Counted from the stretch's first letter, positions 36,040 through 46,638 are shown. The stretch: DNA of 64,000 bases from Eubacteriales bacterium (GCA_045649045.1 JAZRPF010000051.1:14471-78470); one strand, 5' to 3'. Numbers and translations are program-made. The notes: generated by a model from the letters alone, not told the origin.

Positions 36040-36606
36040 TCAGTCAGCGATAATTTCGCCCTCGGTTACACCGAAAGCGGCATTGGATTCATCTGTATCA
36101 ATATGCATTGCAGGGGCAAAATTTTTGTTGACACGCACAACCACATCATCAAAGATAAGCGGACGGTTACCGTTCAGCTTGACCTTGACAATCTGCTTAT
36201 CTGTTACGCCAAATTCAGCAGCAGCCTCGGGTGTCAGATGAATGTGTCTTTTTGCTGCAATCACGCCCTCGGCAAGTGTGACCTCACCGCAAGGACCGAC
36301 CAATTTACAGCCTGCGCTACCTACAACATCACCGCTCTCACGAATGGGTGCAGACACACCGATCGAGCGCGCATCGGTCAAGGACAGTTCAACCTGTGAT
36401 GCAGGGCGGGCAGGGCCAAGGATGCTGACGCCTGCAAGCTCTTTCTTTGAGCCGACAACCGTGACGCGCTCTTCGCACGCAAACTGTCCGGGCTGGCTCA
36501 AATCCTTTTTCTTTGTTAACACATATCCCTCTCCAAAGAGAATATTGATGTGTTCTTCCGTCAAATGAACATGACGGGCAGAAGTTTCCACCATGACTTT
36601 TTTCAT
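36040..36606 (-). CDS. PduL-type phosphotransacylase without encapsulation peptide
   Basis: Reads MKKVMVETSARHVHLTEEHINILFGEGY... and IAAKRHIHLTPEAAAEFG (duplicated PduL motif). It starts directly with the catalytic domain, unlike 4177..4830. Confidence 0.85.
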   Translation of the reverse strand: MKKVMVETSARHVHLTEEHINILFGEGYVLTKKKDLSQPGQFACEERVTVVGSKKELAGVSILGPARPASQVELSLTDARSIGVSAPIRESGDVVGSAGCKLVGPCGEVTLAEGVIAAKRHIHLTPEAAAEFGVTDKQIVKVKLNGNRPLIFDDVVVRVNKNFAPAMHIDTDESNAAFGVTEGEIIAD

Positions 36607-36739
36607 TTTAGTGTCTCCTTATGATTTCTATGTACTACCAATTTAGTATTATACCATAACTTTTTTTATTTGTAAATGAGTAGATGCAAATATTTCGGCA
36701 AAAACTAAAGAAAATTTACAAAAAGGAAGAAGGTTTTTC

Positions 36740-37477
36740 ATGAATTCACAGAATCCAACCGCAAACAGTGAGCTAACCGCCATGAATCCCAAACACCCCT
36801 ACGCCATCTCGCTGACCGAAAGCATCGACCTTATTGCGAGAAACGGCACTATGCCCTATGAAACAGCGAGCGGGCTTTACTACTGCATCAGCATTATCGG
36901 TCAGATCGAAGGGCATATGCTTTCAGAGCAAACGCAGAAGGTCACAAAATACGACCACCTGATGCCGCTTCTTGTACGGCTTGAAGCAGACCCGCGCATT
37001 CGCGGCGTGCTTTTCCTTTTGAACACGCTTGGCGGTGATGTCGAAGCAGGACTTGCGATTGCAGAGCTCGTTGCCTCTATGCGCACACCGACAGTCTCTC
37101 TCGTTCTGGGTGGCGGCCATTCTATCGGCATTCCACTTGCTGTATCTGCCGACTATTCCATGATTGTGCCGAGTGCCACCATGACTCTTCATCCTGTTCG
37201 CACTGGCGGCACGGTTATCACCTCACCGCAAGCATTTGATTACCTGCTCAAAATGCAGGGGCGCATCCTTGATTTTATTGCCGCGCATTCAAAGGCAGAG
37301 CGTGAGGATCTGCACCGCCGTATGATGCGTACCGACCAGCTTGCCAACGATATCGGCTCGGTTTTGAACGGGCATGATGCGGTTGATTGCGGTCTTATTG
37401 ACCGTGTAGGCGGTCTATCGGACGCGATGCGTGCACTTGAAGAACACGCTGAAAAGGCTCTTGAAAATCAAGCATGA
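36740..37477 (+). CDS. ClpP/TepA-family serine protease-like protein
   Basis: Contains IIGQIEGH...RGVLFLLNTLGGDVEAGLAIAELV...LGGGHSIGIPLAVSAD. Confidence 0.7.
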   Translation: MNSQNPTANSELTAMNPKHPYAISLTESIDLIARNGTMPYETASGLYYCISIIGQIEGHMLSEQTQKVTKYDHLMPLLVRLEADPRIRGVLFLLNTLGGDVEAGLAIAELVASMRTPTVSLVLGGGHSIGIPLAVSADYSMIVPSATMTLHPVRTGGTVITSPQAFDYLLKMQGRILDFIAAHSKAEREDLHRRMMRTDQLANDIGSVLNGHDAVDCGLIDRVGGLSDAMRALEEHAEKALENQA

Positions 37478-37484
37478 CAAAAAT

Positions 37485-37516
37485 GCGACCTGTCGGGCAA
37501 ACGCCCGACAGGTCGC
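37485..37516 (-). terminator. Intrinsic terminator of the pgk-tpiA-lipoprotein transcription unit
   Basis: GCGACCTGTCGGGC-aaac-GCCCGACAGGTCGC, followed on the minus strand by ATTTTTG. Confidence 0.75.
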
Positions 37517-37657
37517 AATAAACGGTGTTCTTATTGGCATTCACATACCGATAATTCACTAAATCGCTACCGCGTGTTGTGTCGGTCATGGCGCAATCAA
37601 AAAAATGTGAGATTTTTTCATATCATGACTCCTTGAATGTTCGGTATTGTGAAGCAA

Positions 37658-38404
37658 TTATTCTTGAACCGCCATATACGGCCGAACAGGTGAAATTGCA
37701 TTTTCACTGGTCGGAAAAGGCTCAACAGTCATATAGCCAACATAGGGGAAGGCAATATAAAAGAAAAGAGAAACGCCGAGCGTGCCGTCTTTATTGACAG
37801 TATAAAGATGAAGGATGCCGTTATCAATCGTATAAGAATAATTCTGATAGTCCGCCGTCATATCAAAGGCTCCCCGTTTTTCAACAGATACCGCCTTGCC
37901 ATCCTCTGTGAAGCGATAAATGTGTGTCACGCTCTCACCGTCTGCATCTGTATAAGTAGAAACCCACTCACCGATATAAGAGGACTTTTTCACGGATTCG
38001 CGATAGAATACAATTTTCCTTTCTTCCTCCTCGCTTTCGGAGGAATCCTCGGGAAAATCCGAAAGAATCAAATCGCCATAGCGATTCAATCGAGCATAAA
38101 ACCTGCCGTCTTCCAAGCCGTTTTCACTCATGACAAGAGATTGATTTTCCTCATCGTACTGATAGTGATAGCCACTCATCAGAACAAGCTCATCATCTTC
38201 AAAATAAAGAGCCAGCATCTGACCGTTTTCGGCAAAAGCATAAACAAACTCATGAACTGCATTATCCGAATTTGAAAGATTCTCCGAGCGCCATGCACCG
38301 ATAAGGCTATCGGCTGTCAATTCTGTTATTTTGTCATCACCGCAGGAGGTGATAGCAGGCAAGCAAAGGAGGATTGTAAGGCAAAATGCAAGGATGCGCT
38401 TCAT
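37658..38404 (-). CDS. Hypothetical lipoprotein
   Basis: MKRILAFCLTILLCLPAITSCGDD carries a lipobox. I do not recognise any domain. Confidence 0.5.
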   Translation of the reverse strand: MKRILAFCLTILLCLPAITSCGDDKITELTADSLIGAWRSENLSNSDNAVHEFVYAFAENGQMLALYFEDDELVLMSGYHYQYDEENQSLVMSENGLEDGRFYARLNRYGDLILSDFPEDSSESEEEERKIVFYRESVKKSSYIGEWVSTYTDADGESVTHIYRFTEDGKAVSVEKRGAFDMTADYQNYSYTIDNGILHLYTVNKDGTLGVSLFFYIAFPYVGYMTVEPFPTSENAISPVRPYMAVQE

Positions 38405-38537
38405 TTGATTTTTCTTGCCTCGCCAATGTCGTCGGCAAGACTTCCCTTCATAAATGTAAATATTGAGAAAATGCGTCTTTGTAGTCCAAGGCTGCAAAGA
38501 CGCAAGGTCACGCGTGATGCTTCACGCACTATAAAAA

Positions 38538-39293
38538 TCAGTTAGCGGCGTCAACAATGGCTGTAAACTTATCGGTCTTCAAGGAAGCACCGCCAATCAA
38601 GCCACCGTCAACATTCTCGCAGGCAAGAAGCTCACAAGCATTGGCATCGTTCATAGAACCGCCATATTGAATAATCATTTCCTCGGCAGCCTTTGCGCTA
38701 TAAAGCTTTCCAATGACGCGGCGAATGATGCCGCAAGCCTCGTCCGCCTGTGCAGGCGTTGCAGTAAGTCCAGTACCGATTGCCCAAACAGGCTCGTATG
38801 CAATGATGATATTCTGAAGGTCAGCCTCGGGAATGCCTGCAAAGTCAAGCTTGGTTTGCATAGAAACAATTTCCTCTGTGATTCCTGCCTGACGCGCTTC
38901 AAGAAGCTCGCCCAAGCAAAGAATGACCTTCAAGCCTGCTGCGAGAGCAGCCTTGGTGCGCAGATTGACGGTTTCGTCGGTTTCAGCAAAATACTGACGG
39001 CGTTCACTGTGACCGATAATGACATACTCCGTGCCGATTTCCTTCAGCATTGCGGCAGAAACCTCGCCTGTATAAGCGCCGTTTTCCTTGAAGTGCACAT
39101 TCTGAGCACCGATTTTGATGTTTGTGCCCTTTGCAGCCTCAATGGCTGTGGCAACATCGACAAAGGGAACGCAAAGAACGATGTCGCACGCGTCCTTTCC
39201 TTCGACCATCGGTGCAAGCTCTTTGATAAATGCTTTTGTTTGTGCAGGTGTCATGTTCATCTTCCAGTTACCTGCAATGACATATCTTCTCAT
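38538..39293 (-). CDS. tpiA: Triose-phosphate isomerase
   Basis: Contains AGNWKMN...IIGHSERR...AYEPVWAIGTG. Confidence 0.95.
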   Translation of the reverse strand: MRRYVIAGNWKMNMTPAQTKAFIKELAPMVEGKDACDIVLCVPFVDVATAIEAAKGTNIKIGAQNVHFKENGAYTGEVSAAMLKEIGTEYVIIGHSERRQYFAETDETVNLRTKAALAAGLKVILCLGELLEARQAGITEEIVSMQTKLDFAGIPEADLQNIIIAYEPVWAIGTGLTATPAQADEACGIIRRVIGKLYSAKAAEEMIIQYGGSMNDANACELLACENVDGGLIGGASLKTDKFTAIVDAAN

Positions 39294-39363
39294 GTTAATT
39301 CTCCTTCAATATTCGCATCATTTGTGCGGCGACTTACCGTCGCCGCACAGAAAGATTCAATCA

Positions 39364-40566
39364 TTATTTATCCTGCAAGCAAGCGATGCCGGGAAGCTCA
39401 AGACCTTCAAGGAACTCAAGTGATGCGCCGCCACCTGTGGAAATGTGGGTAATACGAGGTGCAAAGCCAAGCTGCTCGCAGGCCGCAGCAGAGTCACCGC
39501 CACCAACGATAGTGGTAGCATCGCTTTCAGCAAGTGCGCGTGCAACGGCGATAGTACCCTCAGCCAAGGTCGGATTCTCAAACACGCCCATAGGACCGTT
39601 CCAAACGACAGTTTTTGCGTTCTTTGCGGCATCGGCGAAGAGCTTTCTTGTTTCTGTACCGATATCAAGTCCCATCTTATCAGCAGGAATCTTGTCGGAT
39701 TGGCAAATTGTCACATCGACAGGTGCATCAATGGGATCGGGAAAAGCGCCTGCAACAACAGTGTCGATCGGGAGCAGGAGCTTCACGCCCTTCTCCTCTG
39801 CCTTCTTCATCATATCGCGGCAATAATCAACCTTTTCGGCATCAAAAAGCGAGGTACCAATCTGGTAGCCCTTCGCTGCAAGGAAGGTATATGCCATACC
39901 GCCGCCGATAATCAGGGTGTCAACCTTTGTCAGAAGGTTATCAATAACCTTCAGTTTGTCCGCAACCTTTGCACCGCCGAGAATTGCAACAAAAGGACGG
40001 GCGGGGTCAGCCAGAGCCTTACCCATAATGCCGATTTCCTTCTGAATCAGATAGCCGCAAACAGCAGGCAAGTAGTCTGCAACGCCTGCAGTGGACGCGT
40101 GTGCGCGGTGAGCTGTACCAAATGCATCGTTCACATAAAGCTCTGCAAGCGAAGCAAGCTCACGGGAAAATTCAGGGTCGTTCTTCTCCTCGCGCTTATC
40201 AAAGCGAACATTCTCAAGCAAGATGACCTCGCCGTCCTTAAGAGCGGCTGCCTTCGCCTTTGCATCCTCGCCGATAATATCAGCAGTCAAGGGAACATTC
40301 ACACCGAGAAGCTCGGAAAGACGGGCGGCTACTGCGACGAGAGAATACTTCGGATTGACCTCGCCCTTGGGCTTACCCATATGGGAGCAGAGGATGACGC
40401 GTGCGCCCTCGGCCATCAGATACTTGATGGTCGGCAGTGCCTCAACAATACGCTTATCGCTTGTGATGCGGCCTTCTTTTTGAGGGACATTGAAGTCGCA
40501 ACGGACAAGAACTCTCTTACCCTTCACTTCGATGTCTTCAATGGTTTTCTTGTTATACATGGACAT
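39364..40566 (-). CDS. pgk: Phosphoglycerate kinase
   Basis: Contains VRCDFNVP...[11 protein letters not shown]...[14 protein letters not shown]...[13 protein letters not shown]. Confidence 0.95.
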   Translation of the reverse strand: MSMYNKKTIEDIEVKGKRVLVRCDFNVPQKEGRITSDKRIVEALPTIKYLMAEGARVILCSHMGKPKGEVNPKYSLVAVAARLSELLGVNVPLTADIIGEDAKAKAAALKDGEVILLENVRFDKREEKNDPEFSRELASLAELYVNDAFGTAHRAHASTAGVADYLPAVCGYLIQKEIGIMGKALADPARPFVAILGGAKVADKLKVIDNLLTKVDTLIIGGGMAYTFLAAKGYQIGTSLFDAEKVDYCRDMMKKAEEKGVKLLLPIDTVVAGAFPDPIDAPVDVTICQSDKIPADKMGLDIGTETRKLFADAAKNAKTVVWNGPMGVFENPTLAEGTIAVARALAESDATTIVGGGDSAAACEQLGFAPRITHISTGGGASLEFLEGLELPGIACLQDK

Positions 40567-40844
40567 GGATTCAGTTCTCCTTCTCTATTTATTTCATATT
40601 GTCTACATTTTACCATATTTTCATGTATTCGTCAAGATATTAACGAAAAAAAGACCGCGTGACACACAAGTTTTTTATAGTGAAATACCCCCGCCAAGCA
40701 TCATTCGCGCAAAGATCCCGATTTTACATCAAGTTCACACTTTTCGCCTGAATCCGCGTTATAATGAAGATAGACATTTTGTGGGAGATTCTGGGGCGAA
40801 GAGTCTCCCTGCTTCTTACATTGTAACGAAAGGTGCATATCAAG

Positions 40845-41129
40845 GTGGACAAGCCATTCTATGACATTGACAAAATTGCATCGCTTGCAAAGCTCAAGCT
40901 GACGGACGAGGAAGCCAAAGCTCTTCCGCGCCAATTTGAAGAAGCAGTGCGCTTTGCGAGCATTCTGACAGAGCTTCCCCCGTCAAATACCGAGGAGCAA
41001 AAAGCGAGCATTTGTCCAAATGCTCTGCGCGAGGATAGCGTCTCCCCTTCTTATGAACGCGATATTCTTCTCTCTGCCACCGCCGAGCACGAGGGCGAAT
41101 ATTTCAAGGTTTTGCAGGTGATAGGTTAA
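40845..41129 (+). CDS. gatC: Asp/Glu-tRNA amidotransferase subunit C
   Basis: Contains IDKIASLAKLKLTDEEAKAL. The GTG at 40845 has a GAAAGGTG RBS. The ORF track starts at the GTG at 40833. Confidence 0.85.
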   Translation: MDKPFYDIDKIASLAKLKLTDEEAKALPRQFEEAVRFASILTELPPSNTEEQKASICPNALREDSVSPSYERDILLSATAEHEGEYFKVLQVIG

Positions 41130-41133
41130 GTCT

Positions 41134-42573
41134 ATGAAAAAGCTGATTGATTGCTCGCTTGAAGCACTTTCCGCTCTTCTTCAAAAAAGAGAGCTTTCCG
41201 CGCATGAGGTGACCGAATTCTACCTGTCGGCGACAGAGCGTACCGAAAAAGAAATCTCCGCCCTCATCACCTATACACGCCGCCGCGCGCTTGTCACTGC
41301 CGACAATGTTGACCGTCTGCGCGCGGAAGGGGCTTCTCTTCCCGCACTTGCAGGCATCCCTATGATTTTGAAGGACAACATCTGCACCAAGGGCATTCGC
41401 ACCACCTGCGCCTCCAAAATGCTTGAAAACTTCATTCCGCCTTACGATGCAAAAGTCGCCGAGCTTTTAGCGCTTTGTCCATTGATAGGCAAAGCCAACA
41501 TGGATGAGTTCGGCATGGGCGCATCCACTGAAAATTCCGCTTTTTTCAAAACCTGCAATCCATGCGACCATGACCGTGTACCCGGCGGAAGCTCAGGCGG
41601 CTCTGCCGCCGCAGTTGCCGCAGGCGAAGCCCCCTTTGCACTTGGAAGCGATACAGGAGGCTCTGTCCGTCAGCCCGCTGCCTTCTGCGGTGTTGTCGGC
41701 TTAAAACCCACTTACGGACTTGTCTCTCGCTTTGGTCTTGTCGCCTTTGCCTCCTCGCTTGACCAAGTCGCCCCTCTGACCAAAACCGTTGCCGATTCCG
41801 CTATTGTACTTGAAGCCATTGCAGGACACGACTCGCGTGACTCAAGCTCGGCAGACCGCCCGCCCGTTCCCTACCGCGACTGTGTCGGCGCCGGTGTACG
41901 CGGCAAGCGAATTGCCGTCCTGCGTGAGCTTTCTTCTGATGCCTGCACCCCCTCAATTCAGCTTGCATTCAGCCGTGCCATCCTCGCCCTTGAAAAAGAG
42001 GGTGCGAGCGTTCTCGAATATTCCATACCCGAGCTTCGCTATGCGCTTGCCGCCTACTATCTGCTTTCGTCGGCGGAGGCATCCTCCAATCTTGCCCGCT
42101 ATGACGGCGTGCGTTACGGCTATCGTGCTGAGGGCTGTCAAAGCTATGAGGAAACTGTTATCAAAACAAGAACGCTCGGCTTCGGAAGTGAGGTCAAGCG
42201 CCGTCTGATGCTCGGCACATTTTCTCTCAGTGCAGGCTATGCCGACAACTACTACAAAAAGGCCTTGCAGGCACAGCAAATGCTCAGGGACGCGTTTGAT
42301 GAAGCCTTTACGCATTTTGATCTCATACTTGCCCCTACGGTGCTTGATGTTGCACACAAATTTGGCGAGAAGCAAGATCCGATGGATATGTATCACGGTG
42401 ATATCTTCACCGTTCCCGCCAGCCTTGCAGGCTTGCCTGCAATCTCTGTGCCTTTTGAAAAAGACAATTCGGGCTTACCGATAGGTCTGCAGCTGATAGC
42501 ACCCGCCTTTTGCGAGGAAAAACTTCTTTCGGCTGCTCATGTACTTGAATCGGCAGGAGGTCTTTCTGTATGA
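41134..42573 (+). CDS. gatA: Asp/Glu-tRNA amidotransferase subunit A
   Basis: Carries the amidase signature GGSSGGSAAAVAAGEAPFALGSDTGGSVRQPAAFCG. Confidence 0.95.
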   Translation: MKKLIDCSLEALSALLQKRELSAHEVTEFYLSATERTEKEISALITYTRRRALVTADNVDRLRAEGASLPALAGIPMILKDNICTKGIRTTCASKMLENFIPPYDAKVAELLALCPLIGKANMDEFGMGASTENSAFFKTCNPCDHDRVPGGSSGGSAAAVAAGEAPFALGSDTGGSVRQPAAFCGVVGLKPTYGLVSRFGLVAFASSLDQVAPLTKTVADSAIVLEAIAGHDSRDSSSADRPPVPYRDCVGAGVRGKRIAVLRELSSDACTPSIQLAFSRAILALEKEGASVLEYSIPELRYALAAYYLLSSAEASSNLARYDGVRYGYRAEGCQSYEETVIKTRTLGFGSEVKRRLMLGTFSLSAGYADNYYKKALQAQQMLRDAFDEAFTHFDLILAPTVLDVAHKFGEKQDPMDMYHGDIFTVPASLAGLPAISVPFEKDNSGLPIGLQLIAPAFCEEKLLSAAHVLESAGGLSV

Positions 42574-43988
42574 CATCCTATGAAATGAACATTGGACTTG
42601 AAGTCCATGTAGAACTGAAAACCAAAACAAAAATCTTCTGTTCCTGCCCGACTGACTTTGGCGCGCCACCAAATACACACTGCTGTCCCATCTGCCTCGG
42701 CTATCCGGGCATGCTTCCCTCTTTGAACAGGCGTGTTGTTGAATACGCGGTGAAGGCCGGTCTTGCAACCAATTGCAAAATTGCCAAGCAATCAAAAATG
42801 GACAGAAAAAACTATTTCTACCCCGACCTGCCGAAAGCCTATCAGATTTCGCAAAACGATAAGCCGCTTTGCTATGACGGCACTCTCATGATCGAGACAG
42901 GACAGACGAGCAAGCAAATCGGTATCACGCGCATCCACATTGAAGAGGATGCGGGCAAGCTCATTCACCGCGACGGTGTCGGCACGCTGATTGACGGCAA
43001 CCGCGCAGGTGTCCCCTTGATTGAAATTGTATCAAAGCCCGACATTGCATCGGCAGAGGAAGCGGTCGCCTATCTGAAAAAGCTACGCACGCTCATGCTC
43101 TATATCGGTGTATCGGACTGCAAAATGCAGGAGGGCTCTATGCGCTGTGACATCAACCTTTCTGTACGCCCCACGGGCGAGACTGCGCTTGGCACACGCA
43201 CAGAAATCAAAAATCTCAATTCCTTTGCCTTTGTGGCAAAGGCGATTACCTTCGAAACGGCAAGACAAATTGCCATTCTGGAGGCAGGCGGACAAATTCA
43301 GCGTGAGACACGCCGCTTCAATATGGCGTCAGGCAAAACCGAGAGTATGCGCTCAAAGGAAGACTCTGACGATTATCGCTTTTTTCCCGAGCCTGATCTT
43401 CTGCCAATTGCGATTGAAAAGAGCGAGATTGAATGCCTGAAGGCAGAACTGCCCGAACTTCCTGACAGTCGCAAGGCACGCTATACGCGTGAATACGCTC
43501 TTTCCGCATATGACGGTGAGCAATTAACAGCCACCCGTCAGCTTGCCGATTATTTTGAGGCGGTCACAAAGCTGACCGACTACCCCAAAATAGTGGCAAA
43601 CCTCTTATTAAATGAAAATTTATGGACGGATGATGATGAAAAGCCGTCGCTTTCGGTCGCTCATTTTGCCGAGCTTGCCACACTGCTCGGTGAAGAAAAA
43701 ATCAACTCAAGCACAGCAAAAAAACTGCTTGACGAAATTCGTTTGACAGACGAAAGTCCTGCTCGCTTGGTCGAAAAAAGAGGGCTTTTCATACTGAACG
43801 ACCGCGGGGCAATCGAGCTTATGCTCCGTCAGGCGATTGCAGAAAACCCGCGGGGGTTATCCGACTATAAAAACGGTAAAAGCTACGCCATCAAGCCATA
43901 TATCGGTGCTGTTATGAAAGCATCGGGGGGACTGGCGAACCCATCTCTTATCAATGAAATTTTACGGGAGATTACTGAACATGAGTGA
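42570..43988 (+). CDS. gatB: Asp/Glu-tRNA amidotransferase subunit B
   Basis: Contains IGLEVHVELKTKTKIFC...RIHIEEDAGKL. It overlaps the gatA stop. Confidence 0.95.
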   Translation: MTSYEMNIGLEVHVELKTKTKIFCSCPTDFGAPPNTHCCPICLGYPGMLPSLNRRVVEYAVKAGLATNCKIAKQSKMDRKNYFYPDLPKAYQISQNDKPLCYDGTLMIETGQTSKQIGITRIHIEEDAGKLIHRDGVGTLIDGNRAGVPLIEIVSKPDIASAEEAVAYLKKLRTLMLYIGVSDCKMQEGSMRCDINLSVRPTGETALGTRTEIKNLNSFAFVAKAITFETARQIAILEAGGQIQRETRRFNMASGKTESMRSKEDSDDYRFFPEPDLLPIAIEKSEIECLKAELPELPDSRKARYTREYALSAYDGEQLTATRQLADYFEAVTKLTDYPKIVANLLLNENLWTDDDEKPSLSVAHFAELATLLGEEKINSSTAKKLLDEIRLTDESPARLVEKRGLFILNDRGAIELMLRQAIAENPRGLSDYKNGKSYAIKPYIGAVMKASGGLANPSLINEILREITEHE

Positions 43989-44742
43989 TAAAGAAAAAAA
44001 GTTCTGTCAAGAGCTTGACGAGGCGGAGTTTCTCGCCCGCCTCAACCGCGTGTTTGCAAAAAACAAGCTTGACCGCTATTTGACGAAGGAACGCGCGGAA
44101 AAGCTGCTTTTGTTGGCAAAGCGTCTCATAGAGGTCAATGCGCAGTACAATCTCACCGCCATCACCGACATGGACGGCATCATTCTGAAGCATTTTGCCG
44201 ACTGTGTTGCCCTCGCGCCCCTGATTCCCCCAAAGGCATCGCTTCTGGATGTGGGAACAGGTGCAGGCTTTCCGTCCCTCCCGCTTGCAATCTGCCGTCC
44301 TGATATTGCGGTAACGGCAATGGATGCTACCGAAAAAAAGGTGCGCTATGTTGAGGAGACGGCGGAAATTCTCGCAATCGGCAACCTGACCGCCATGAAC
44401 GCACGCGCCGAGGACTGCGCTGGCGGCTCTATGCGCGCCGCCTTCGATGTGGTCACGGCGCGGGCGGTGTCCGAGCTACGCATTTTATCCGAGCTTTGCC
44501 TGCCCTTCTGCCGCAAGGGCGGTCTGTTTCTTGCCATGAAGGGAAAAAATGTTGAAAACGAGCTGAAAGCCGCAAAAAAAGCCATCCCCACACTTGGAGG
44601 ACGGCTGATTTCTTCTACCGAAGACACGCTGACAAACGATAGCGAAAGCATTTCCCGTTTTGTTGTCGTCATTGAAAAAAGCGGTGCAACACCTGCGCGG
44701 TATCCCCGCCCTTACGCGAAAATTCTCAAAAGTCCGCTCTGA
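43981..44742 (+). CDS. rsmG: 16S rRNA (guanine527-N7)-methyltransferase
   Basis: Contains NLTAITDMDGIILKHFADC...LLDVGTGAGFPSLPLAI...VTARAV. The ATG at 43981 has a GGGAGA RBS. Confidence 0.9.
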   Translation: MSDKEKKFCQELDEAEFLARLNRVFAKNKLDRYLTKERAEKLLLLAKRLIEVNAQYNLTAITDMDGIILKHFADCVALAPLIPPKASLLDVGTGAGFPSLPLAICRPDIAVTAMDATEKKVRYVEETAEILAIGNLTAMNARAEDCAGGSMRAAFDVVTARAVSELRILSELCLPFCRKGGLFLAMKGKNVENELKAAKKAIPTLGGRLISSTEDTLTNDSESISRFVVVIEKSGATPARYPRPYAKILKSPL

Positions 44743-44746
44743 TTCA

Positions 44747-45625
44747 TCAAAGATAAAACCGCAGAGTATCCTCAATCCAATACATAAATTCCGTATGAGG
44801 TGACAAAGCCTCTGTGGCCTTCAAGCGGAGATAGGCATCAACGCCGTCAGACGCATCGTGCCAGATATCCGCAAAGACGAAATCGAAGCCTTCCTTATGC
44901 ATCGTATGTGCCGCATAATCAAAGGCATCTGCCTGTACGACCTTGATTTTATGAGCACAGGACATCTGTGGACGAAGCACCTCTTCAAAAAGTGCTATCG
45001 CGTTTTGGTCACGCTCAACCACCGTTACGGAATCCACTTTCGGCTTGCGCGCCGCCATAAAGGCAAAATAGCCGAGTCCGAGTCCGTATGTGAGAACGCT
45101 TCCGTGCGCACGCGCAATGGGCTTTTGCATGGTACGGATTTCATTTGGTGTGACCGTCATCCATATCCGCCCTCTCTCACGAACGGCAGGATAGAAAAAG
45201 TCTTCGGTAAAAAATCCGATTTGTGGAATGACCGCGCCGTCCGGAAATTCGCGCAGGTCATCACAGGCAAATGCCTCGCACGCCCTGTAATTCATAGGCA
45301 GAAGCTCCCATGCTCCCGACACCTTTGACGAAAAAGAAATCTCACAAAGATACGGATTTTCCGCAAATTCTTCAGCTTTCAGATGATGAAGCATCCGAGG
45401 AAAATAAGAAGTAAAAATTTCGCGTTCGATTGTATCATGCTCGGTGTCAAGACTGATAACCGCCGCAAGAATATGCGAAAATGCCTCTTTTTCACGAAGA
45501 CCGCAATCGCGACAAAGCTCGTCAACCATGCTTTTTTGCACAAAGGTCGGCTCGTAATTTAAGAAAACACTCATCTTCTGCATGAGAATGCGGTTCATCT
45601 CTGCAATTTTCTTTGTCATATCCAT
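44747..45625 (-). CDS. Hypothetical protein with class I SAM-methyltransferase/spermidine-synthase-like C-terminal half
   Basis: VLTYGLGLGYFAFMAA...VTVVERDQ...VVQADAFDY...FDFVFADIW resembles a Rossmann methyltransferase motif order. Confidence 0.45.
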   Translation of the reverse strand: MDMTKKIAEMNRILMQKMSVFLNYEPTFVQKSMVDELCRDCGLREKEAFSHILAAVISLDTEHDTIEREIFTSYFPRMLHHLKAEEFAENPYLCEISFSSKVSGAWELLPMNYRACEAFACDDLREFPDGAVIPQIGFFTEDFFYPAVRERGRIWMTVTPNEIRTMQKPIARAHGSVLTYGLGLGYFAFMAARKPKVDSVTVVERDQNAIALFEEVLRPQMSCAHKIKVVQADAFDYAAHTMHKEGFDFVFADIWHDASDGVDAYLRLKATEALSPHTEFMYWIEDTLRFYL

Positions 45626-45677
45626 TTCCTATACAAGTGGCTCACGGTTTCCGTGAGCCACCATCATTTCATACCTA

Positions 45678-46622
45678 TCATTCAAGAGCTTCAGCAATCA
45701 CAGAAAGATTTTTTTCCATCATTTGAAGATAATTCGCACCGCGCTCGATTTCACCGCGTGTCACCGACTGAATAGAATCCAGCGTGAGTATATGTTGGTT
45801 TTTGCTTTCGGTTTGTAAAATGACGGTGCGGGCGATATCGGTGTTCGATTTTTCAAGAACAAGAACCGATGTCAAGCCATGTGTGTCAATTGCCGAGGCA
45901 AGCCGCTTGACCGTCGATGCACTTGCCTCGCTATCGGCTGTGCAACCCGAAAAAGCGGCAATGCAAGTCAGTCCGTAGTCCTTCGCCATATAAGTGAATG
46001 GGAAGCGGTCAGCAAACAGCAGTATTTTTTGCGAGGCGGCTGAAACGGTCGCCTCATAGCGCGCATCAAGCGCATCAAGCTTGGCAATATATGCCGTGGC
46101 ATTTTCTTCGTAAAGTGCAGAATTTTCCGCATCAAGCTGTGAGAGTGCATTGGCAATTTCCTCGCAAAGCAACATCGCATTTTTAAGCGAAAGCCAAATG
46201 TGCTCATCCTGACCTTCGTGCTCATGCTCATGTTCGGTTTCACAGCTATCATCACAGGCAGGAACCAAATCCAACAGTCTTATTACCCGCTGCTTTTTGT
46301 TGCGGCTGTTTTTGAGTGCATCATCAAGCCATTTATCAGATTCACCGCCAACTGTAATCAAAAGGTCACATTCGGATGCTTTGATAATATCGTCAGCAGT
46401 TGCCTGATAGCTATGCATATCTGCTCCGTTATCGGTCAGGAGCGAAAGCTCTACATCCGCTATACGCTCACCGAGAATATTACGTGTCCAATCATATTCC
46501 GAAAATGATGTGCATACAATGCGCAGAGTGCCGTCATCTGTCCTTTGCTGACTGCAAGCACTCAACAAAACGAATAGCAGAAGCAAAACAAACAGCAAAA
46601 GTGCTATAAGCATTTTTTTCAT
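45678..46622 (-). CDS. znuA: Metal (Zn/Mn) ABC transporter substrate-binding lipoprotein, ZnuA/TroA family
   Basis: The lipobox is LLSACSQ. The His/Asp/Glu-rich loop CETEHEHEHEGQDEH is typical of ZnuA. It sits next to a Fur-family regulator. Confidence 0.8.
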   Translation of the reverse strand: MKKMLIALLLFVLLLLFVLLSACSQQRTDDGTLRIVCTSFSEYDWTRNILGERIADVELSLLTDNGADMHSYQATADDIIKASECDLLITVGGESDKWLDDALKNSRNKKQRVIRLLDLVPACDDSCETEHEHEHEGQDEHIWLSLKNAMLLCEEIANALSQLDAENSALYEENATAYIAKLDALDARYEATVSAASQKILLFADRFPFTYMAKDYGLTCIAAFSGCTADSEASASTVKRLASAIDTHGLTSVLVLEKSNTDIARTVILQTESKNQHILTLDSIQSVTRGEIERGANYLQMMEKNLSVIAEALE

Positions 46623-46638
46623 AAAAATATGAGTTCCT

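Noticed and set aside
34369-40662. Very long antisense ORFs (34369..35361 at 330 aa, 38667..39452 at 261 aa, 39445..40662 at 405 aa; similarly 9012..9884, 6926..7537 and 62489..63169)
   Set aside because: Each lies exactly opposite a confidently identified gene (GGGtGRT, tpiA, pgk, aldolase, ADH, ALDH). They have no RBS, an unnatural composition rich in Cys, Arg and His, and no motifs. They are typical shadow ORFs of moderately GC-rich coding DNA.
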